DNA from: Myxococcota bacterium
GTDB lineage: Bacteria; Myxococcota; Myxococcia; Myxococcales; Myxococcaceae
Length of the DNA: 64,000 nt
Assembly (NCBI GenBank): GCA_040755835.1
Contig: JBFMAB010000122.1
Span: 43,180 to 107,179, forward strand
Reading direction: 5' to 3'
Part shown: piece by piece, positions 58,743 through 64,000 of the stretch
Layout of the letters: the number at the start of each line of letters is the position of its first letter
Numbering within the stretch: position 1 is the stretch's first letter
The notes under the pieces: generated by a model
Told to the model about the DNA's origin: nothing
What the model saw: only the letters and a program-made list of their open reading frames with translations
Database searches by the model: none
Position numbers and translations under genes: made by a program

Positions 58743-60002
58743 GTGGATCTGCCACCGCCGCTTTGCGCCATACTCGCGCTTGTGACGCCGCTCCTCGTCC
58801 TCACGCTGCTGTCGCAGTCGCCGGCGCGCGTCACCGTCGTCTTCGGAGGCGACGTCATCCCGCACGACCCGGTGAAGGCGGTGGCGCAGCGCCACGCGCT
58901 CGCGGGCGAGGCGGGCTCGCTCAACAACGACGGGTGGGACCACGTCTTCGGCCCGCTGGCGCCGGTGTTCCGCCGCAACGACCTCGCCGTCGTCAACCTC
59001 GAGACGCCCATCGTCACGGTGAAGCGGCCCGAGAAGGGCGACATGATTTTCCACGGCCCGCCGGCGATGCTGGCGGCGCTCGCGAAGGCCGGCGTCGACG
59101 TCGCGACGTTCGCCAACAACCACTGCCTCGACCAGCACCGCGAAGGCATCGTCGCCACGCGCGCGTACCTGCGCGCCGCGGGCTTGCAGTCCGCCGGCGC
59201 CGACGTCGACGAGGCGACCGCGTGGACGCCGCTGGTGGTGGAGAAGAATGGCGTCACGCTCGGCGTGCTGGCGGTCGGCCGCTTCCTGAACGGCTTCAAC
59301 AACACGAAAGACCCCGCGCAGCCGCACGTCCCCATCGTGCCGTACCCGAAGGACCCCTTCGTCGGCGGGCACACCGTCGAGCAGCTGGTGGAGACGGTGC
59401 GCGCGCGCGCCGCCGAGGTGGACGGGCTCATCGTCTTCATCCACTGGGGCGACGAGTACAAGACGGCGCCGCGCGCCGACGACCGCGCGCTGGCGCAGGC
59501 GCTGCTGGACGCGGGCGCGCTGGCCGTCGTCGGCCACCACCCGCACGTCCTGCAGCCGGTGGAGTGGCTGACGCGCGCCGACGGCACGAAGGGCCTCGTC
59601 GCCTTTTCGCTGGGGAACCTCGTGTCGAACCAGGACTTCGGCGACGAGAAGGGCTTGAAGCGCGACGGCCTGCTGCTCGAGCTCGAGGTGACGCGGCCCG
59701 CCCCGGGCCAGCGCGCGCAGGTGACCGCGCTCAACGGCGTCGCCGTCTTCACGCAGAACCGGCTCGGCAAGGCGAAGCAGCGCAACGTGCAGCCTTTGCT
59801 GCTCGACGACGAAGTGACGGCGATGCGCGACCGGCTCTCCGAACTCGAGGGCCGCGTCGACGCCGCCGCGAAGAAGGAACGGAAGGCGCTCGAGAAGCGC
59901 CTCGCCGTCGCCACGCTTCGGCAGGCCCGCATTCGGGCGACGTGGGCGGGCGCGCTGCTCGACGGCGGTGCCGCGGCGGCCATGGCGGCGCCCGGCAAGT
60001 GA
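58743..60002 (+). CDS. CapA/PGA_cap-family metallophosphatase-like protein
   Basis: PGA_cap motifs (VNLETP, ANNHCLD, IHWGDEY, GHHPHVLQ). Confidence 0.8.
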   Translation: MDLPPPLCAILALVTPLLVLTLLSQSPARVTVVFGGDVIPHDPVKAVAQRHALAGEAGSLNNDGWDHVFGPLAPVFRRNDLAVVNLETPIVTVKRPEKGDMIFHGPPAMLAALAKAGVDVATFANNHCLDQHREGIVATRAYLRAAGLQSAGADVDEATAWTPLVVEKNGVTLGVLAVGRFLNGFNNTKDPAQPHVPIVPYPKDPFVGGHTVEQLVETVRARAAEVDGLIVFIHWGDEYKTAPRADDRALAQALLDAGALAVVGHHPHVLQPVEWLTRADGTKGLVAFSLGNLVSNQDFGDEKGLKRDGLLLELEVTRPAPGQRAQVTALNGVAVFTQNRLGKAKQRNVQPLLLDDEVTAMRDRLSELEGRVDAAAKKERKALEKRLAVATLRQARIRATWAGALLDGGAAAAMAAPGK

Positions 60003-60062
60003 GGTGTCCCGCGCGCGCCTGCGCTACACCCGCGCCATGCGGGCGCCCCCCGGGGACTTCTC

Positions 60063-60442
60063 CACCTGCGCTTCGAGGACATCGCGCAGGACGGGCGGCT
60101 GATGTCGAGCCGCTCGATGACGGTTTCGTACTGGACGAAGCGCCGCGCGCGCCCGGGCTGACGCACACCGACTCGAACCAGCACGTCAACCCGCTCTTCT
60201 CCCCGCGCGCTTTCGAGGACGCGGCGCTGCGGCACCTGAAGCGCCTCGGCCGCTCGCCGGAGCTGCTCGGGCGCGAGGTGGACATCGCGTTCCGTCGTCC
60301 GAGCCTTTCCGGCGCGACGCTGCGGGTGCCGTTGCGCGCGCACCGGCGCGGCGACGACACGGTGTGCGCCGGCGTCTTCCTCGGAGAGGGCGAGGACTCC
60401 GTCGCCGCCGGCCGCGTCTTCGGGCAGTTGGTGCTGCGGTAG
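60063..60442 (+). pseudogene. 5'-truncated, frameshifted acyl-ACP thioesterase (second hotdog domain) remnant
   Basis: High-GC3 frame 0 segment (LRFEDIAQDGRLMSSRSMTVSYWTKRRARPG) stops at 60160. High-GC3 frame 2 continues (LTHTDSNQHVNPLF...EVDIAFRRPSLSGATLRV...). Together they resemble the plant FatB / bacterial acyl-ACP TE region (RDCKTGEILTRASSVWVMMNKLTRRLSKIP...DLDMNQHVNN). There is no in-frame start, and the N-terminal hotdog domain is missing. Confidence 0.4.
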
Positions 60443-60448
60443 CGCGTG

Positions 60449-60658
60449 TCAGGCCAGGGCGGGCCTCTCTTCGGCCAGATGGAAGCCGTGCGGACTGAAG
60501 AACACCTTCGGCTTCGCGATGACGTGACAGGTGGGGCAGTAGGTGCGCGCGCCGTCGGGCGAGACGCGCAGCTGCACGTCGCCGCCGCACATGACGCACG
60601 CGGCCGTCAGCGTCAGCTCGGCCGTCCGCTCGTTGACGATGGTGACTTCCTGAACCAT
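60449..60658 (-). CDS. small zinc-ribbon protein (69 aa)
   Basis: GGGAAGG RBS. CxxC...CxxC (CVMCGG...CPTCH). High GC3. Confidence 0.6.
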   Translation of the reverse strand: MVQEVTIVNERTAELTLTAACVMCGGDVQLRVSPDGARTYCPTCHVIAKPKVFFSPHGFHLAEERPALA

Positions 60659-60845
60659 GCCTTCCCGATACGGCAGGGACGCAGGCGTGCAAGGTGAGCG
60701 CCTGCCCGTCCGGCGGGGCGTGCCGGGGAACGGCGTCGGACCGGGACGAACGCGCCTTCAACCGCACCTCGTCCGCCTGCGTCATCCCGCCGGGGCGCGC
60801 TGGTCGACGCGCGCAGCCTCGCGTGGTTAGGTGGCTCCGCCTCGA

Positions 60846-62600
60846 ATGTCGAAAGAGCGGCTCGTCCTCGGGGGTCGTTTCCGGCTGCTCCGCCACCTCG
60901 GCGGCGGCGGCATGTCCGAGGTGTTCCTCGCCGAGCAGCTGTCGTTGGGCCGCAAGGTGGCGCTCAAGGTGCTCAAGCGCGACCTCGGCAGCCAGCCGGC
61001 GATGAGCGAGCGCTTCCGGCGCGAGGCGCTGCTGTTGTCCACCGTCGACCACCCGTCGGTGGTGCGCGTCATCGACTTCGCGACCGACCCGAAGGACGGG
61101 ACGGTGCTGGTGCTGGAGCTCGCCGAAGGCGAGACGCTCGAGCACGCGCTGCGCATGGGCCCCTTCGAGCCGCGGCGGGCCATCCGCGTCTTCCTCCAGC
61201 TGGCCGAAGGCCTCGCCGCCATCCACGACAAGGGCATCGTCCACCGCGACATCAAGCCACAGAACGTCGTCATCGGGCAGGCCCCGCGCGGCGAGCAGGC
61301 GCGGCTGCTCGACTTCGGCATCGCGCGCCTGATGGAATTGGGCGAAGAGGACGCGCGCGACCTCGCGGGCCGCGCCCCCGAGGACACCGGCCCCTTGCCG
61401 CCGCTGCACGCCGACCCCTTCGTCAGCCACCCGGGCCAGGCGGTGGGCACGCCCGCGTACGTCGCGCCGGAGCAGGCCATGGCGCAGCCGGTGGACCCGC
61501 GCACCGACGTCTACTCCTTCGGCGTGCTGGCGTTCCGCGCGCTCTCCGGGCGGCTGCCCTTCGAAGGCCCGGACACGCGCGACTACCTCGAACAGCACGT
61601 GAAGGCGAAGCCGCCGCGGCTCGACGAGGTGGCGCCGCACCTCGCCCAGTGGCCCGCGCTGGTGAAGCTGGTCATGCAGTGCCTCGAGAAGAAGCCCGAC
61701 GCGCGCCCGAAGGACGGCCACGCGCTGGCCGCGGCGCTCAAGGCCTGCCTGCCGCCCGACGCGATTCCGCTCACCACGCAGACGCGCCGCGCGCTCAACG
61801 CGGTGGCGACGCAGAGCCTCTCGGCGGTGAAGGGCACCGTGGACACGCTGGGCCAGCGCAGCCGCGCGGGCGCGCGACAGCTGCGCCGGCTCGCCGCGCT
61901 CCTCGACCAGCAGACGCGCGTCAGTCTGCTCATCACCGTGCTGCTGACGGCCATGGTTCCGGCGGCCTGGGCGTTGTGGCCGCCCACGCCGGCCGAGGAA
62001 GCCGAGCAGCGCCTGCTGAAGGGCGACGCCGCGGGCGCGCTGCAGCTCATCGACGAGGCGCTGCCCGACGCGAAGGGCGACGTGCCCACGCTGCTGTCGC
62101 TCAAGGCCGCCGCGCTCCACCAACTGGGGCGCACCGAGGACGAGCGCGCGCTGATGCGCGACGCGCCGTACCAGGTCCTCTTCCCCGCGCGCCGGCCGCT
62201 GCTGCAGGCGATGGCCGAGGACTTCGCCGACGCCGAGGGCGACGCCGAGCTGAAGGAGCTCCTCGGCATGGTGCCCGCGCCGGCGCTGGTGCCCGTCTTC
62301 GAGGCCTTCGCCCGCGAGGCCTTGTCCAGGCGGCAGTGGGGCGCCCTGCGGTGGCTCGACCTCTCGAAGCAGGCCGCGGGCCTGGACCTCGTCGCCCGCT
62401 ACGCCGCGTCGCTGGGCTCGCGCAGCTGCACGGTGCGCGCGAAGGCGGCCACCCGCCTGGGCGAGCTCGGCGACAGGGACGCCATCTCCGCGCTGCGCGA
62501 CCTCTCGGAGACGCCGAAGGACGAAGGCGCGAGCGGCCCCATCAACTGCGGACAGGACGAGGCCGCCGAGGCGATTCGCCAGCTCAAGAAGGGGCCCTGA
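60846..62600 (+). CDS. Ser/Thr protein kinase with C-terminal helical (TPR/HEAT-like) region
   Basis: Kinase motifs GGGGMSEV, VHRDIKPQNVV, DFGIAR, GTPAYVAPE. Single TM (VSLLITVLLTAMVPAAWAL). Confidence 0.8.
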   Translation: MSKERLVLGGRFRLLRHLGGGGMSEVFLAEQLSLGRKVALKVLKRDLGSQPAMSERFRREALLLSTVDHPSVVRVIDFATDPKDGTVLVLELAEGETLEHALRMGPFEPRRAIRVFLQLAEGLAAIHDKGIVHRDIKPQNVVIGQAPRGEQARLLDFGIARLMELGEEDARDLAGRAPEDTGPLPPLHADPFVSHPGQAVGTPAYVAPEQAMAQPVDPRTDVYSFGVLAFRALSGRLPFEGPDTRDYLEQHVKAKPPRLDEVAPHLAQWPALVKLVMQCLEKKPDARPKDGHALAAALKACLPPDAIPLTTQTRRALNAVATQSLSAVKGTVDTLGQRSRAGARQLRRLAALLDQQTRVSLLITVLLTAMVPAAWALWPPTPAEEAEQRLLKGDAAGALQLIDEALPDAKGDVPTLLSLKAAALHQLGRTEDERALMRDAPYQVLFPARRPLLQAMAEDFADAEGDAELKELLGMVPAPALVPVFEAFAREALSRRQWGALRWLDLSKQAAGLDLVARYAASLGSRSCTVRAKAATRLGELGDRDAISALRDLSETPKDEGASGPINCGQDEAAEAIRQLKKGP

Positions 62601-63059
62601 CGCGCACGAGCCGCACGTCGGCCGTGGACGTCGAGGCCGCCAGCGCGCGCTGCATCACCTCGAGCGCGCGCGCCTTGTCGAAGCCGCCCGAGCCCGCGCC
62701 CAACACCGGGAACGCGACCGACGCGAAGCCGCCGCCGTCGACGAGGCGCAGCGCCGCCACGACGCCGTCGTGAATCGAGCGCTCGGACGCGCGCCACAAC
62801 AGGTCGATGGCCGCGACGTGGATGATGGCGCGGAAGGGCAGGGCGCCCGCGCCGGTGCGCACCGCGCCGCCGAGCGGAATCGGGCCGTGTCTCGCGACCT
62901 CGCGGAACGGCTGCGTGCCACCGCGCCGCTTGATGGCGCCGGAGACGCCCTGCGGCAGCAGCAGCCACCAGGGGATGAGGTTGCGGTTCCACGCGTTGAC
63001 GATGACCTCGACGGGTTGGTCGAGCAGGTCTCGTCGACGAGCGTCACGCGCGGCGCCAC
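62584..63059 (-). CDS. macro-domain (ADP-ribose binding/processing) protein, start unresolved (possible frameshift near 63020)
   Basis: EVIVNAWNRNL...GGVSGAIKRRGG...HVAAID is a macro fold. The coding frame has no plausible start. The neighbouring frame GTG 63059 (MAPRVTLVDE) would fit a macro N-terminus if one base is missing. Confidence 0.55.
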
Positions 63060-63163
63060 GAAGGCGAGTGTATCCGCCGGGTGATTTATTGACTCGCCGC
63101 GGATCGCGCGTCTGATCGCCACTGACCTGCAGCGCCCTGTGGCGCCTTCCCTGGAGAGCCGAC

Positions 63164-63352
63164 ATGAACGAGACGACCGCCGCGAAGACCACCACCTGGC
63201 AGGGCCCCGAGCGCCGCACCCTGGGCGCGCCCGCGCCGACGTTCGGTGAGCTGCTCGTCGAGTGCAGCTGGCGCCCGACCGACCGCCCCATCGGCGTGTC
63301 CGACGGCTGGCTGCGCGCGAACGGCTACGCGCCGGACCGCCGGACGCGCTGA
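63164..63352 (+). CDS. small hypothetical protein (62 aa)
   Basis: GGAGAG RBS. Very high GC3 throughout. Confidence 0.5.
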   Translation: MNETTAAKTTTWQGPERRTLGAPAPTFGELLVECSWRPTDRPIGVSDGWLRANGYAPDRRTR

Positions 63353-63427
63353 CCTGCGAGCCGCGGCCTCATCCCGCAAGCGCGCCGGCCGAGGCGGTTG
63401 GCGATGACTGAGGTACCGTCAGGCCCC

Positions 63428-64000
63428 ATGCGTCTTCGTCTCGCGCTGTCGGGTGTCCTCGCGTCGCTCCTCCTCGCCTGCAGTGGAGGGGGTGGCAGCG
63501 ACGGCGGCAGTGGAGGCGGCGCCGGCAGCGACCTGGTCCTCACGGGGAGTTGGAAGCAGGTCTTCGTCAGCGCGGGCGTGGACAACCCGTCGTCGGCTCC
63601 CCGCGTCGCGGCGCGCGCCGGTGAAGCGCGCCTCGCCTGGGTGTCGAAGACGCAGAGAACCCGTGTCCTCGTCGTCGACGCGATGGGTCCGCGTGAACTC
63701 ACGCTGCCCCAGGGCACGAAGGGCAACCCGCGCGTGGCCTTCGCGGGAGCGGCGAGCGTCCTGGTGGTGCCGGACCCCCTCCAACTCGGCCGCTTCGCTG
63801 CGTACCGCGAGGAAGCCGGAACCTTCAGTGCGCTCGCCTCGCCGGTGCCCGGCGATGAGCTCGGCGCCATCGAGGTGACCGCGCTGGGCAGCGACGTCTT
63901 CGTCGCCGCCCAGGACGTGACGTTGAACGCGGTGGTCGTCGAGCGCCTCGACGGCGCCGCGTGGACGCGCATCGGCCGCTTCCCGCTGAGCGGCACGTTG
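63428..64000 (+). CDS. hypothetical lipoprotein, 3' end beyond window
   Basis: MRLRLALSGVLASLLLACSGGGG lipobox. The frame is open to the window end. It is not in the ORF track because it has no stop. Confidence 0.55.
   Translation, partial: MRLRLALSGVLASLLLACSGGGGSDGGSGGGAGSDLVLTGSWKQVFVSAGVDNPSSAPRVAARAGEARLAWVSKTQRTRVLVVDAMGPRELTLPQGTKGNPRVAFAGAASVLVVPDPLQLGRFAAYREEAGTFSALASPVPGDELGAIEVTALGSDVFVAAQDVTLNAVVVERLDGAAWTRIGRFPLSGTL

Noticed and set aside
63060-63122. ATG 63122 start (MAIRRAIRGESINHPADT...) for the macro-domain region
   Set aside because: It contains rare low-GC3 codons (ata, aat, tca, aca) and sits in the AT-richer putative promoter patch.

Overview
This is a 64 kb window of very high-GC DNA (about 70% GC, G/C strongly preferred at codon third positions). 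The gene content points to Myxococcota: five Ser/Thr protein kinases or pseudokinases, a sigma-54 activator, a TIGR02996 repeat-companion protein, many lipoproteins, and extracytoplasmic-function (ECF) sigma factors. It is densely coding, with about 53 supportable CDS. I could not support any rRNA, tRNA, CRISPR array or mobile element.

The ORF track uses ATG, GTG and TTG as starts. It also reports many long spurious ORFs in the wrong frame, which is typical of GC-rich DNA. I filtered these by third-position GC, amino-acid composition, and domain or motif recognition.

Main points:
- A clear bacterial major vault protein (MVP) homolog lies at 10010-12163. It is followed by a secreted protein with tandem 80-aa repeats and preceded by a palindrome-rich divergent promoter region.
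- A roughly 12 kb mirrored locus (38.6-50.5 kb) has two ECF sigma modules whose partner sensor proteins carry Tad-pilus-type periplasmic domains.
  - One anti-sigma factor is fused to a CpaB domain (SAF+RcpC) and has a tandem CpaB paralog.
  - The other module has a signal-peptide CpaB C-terminal (RcpC) fragment, an ECF sigma, and a zf-HC2 anti-sigma motif fused to a Ser/Thr kinase with two periplasmic secretin-N-like pilus-N domains.
  - The locus is flanked by three parvulin-type peptidyl-prolyl isomerase (PPIase) lipoproteins and an FHA-PAS hybrid histidine kinase.
  - I could not match this architecture to any described system.
- There are three apparent frameshifts or gene remnants: a small secreted protein, a 5'-truncated acyl-ACP thioesterase, and a macro-domain gene.
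- Further items include nested palindromes upstream of a marR-like gene and a nagZ-HEAT-HD operon with an ATGA stop/start overlap.

Coordinates of starts are hand-derived and may be off where noted.
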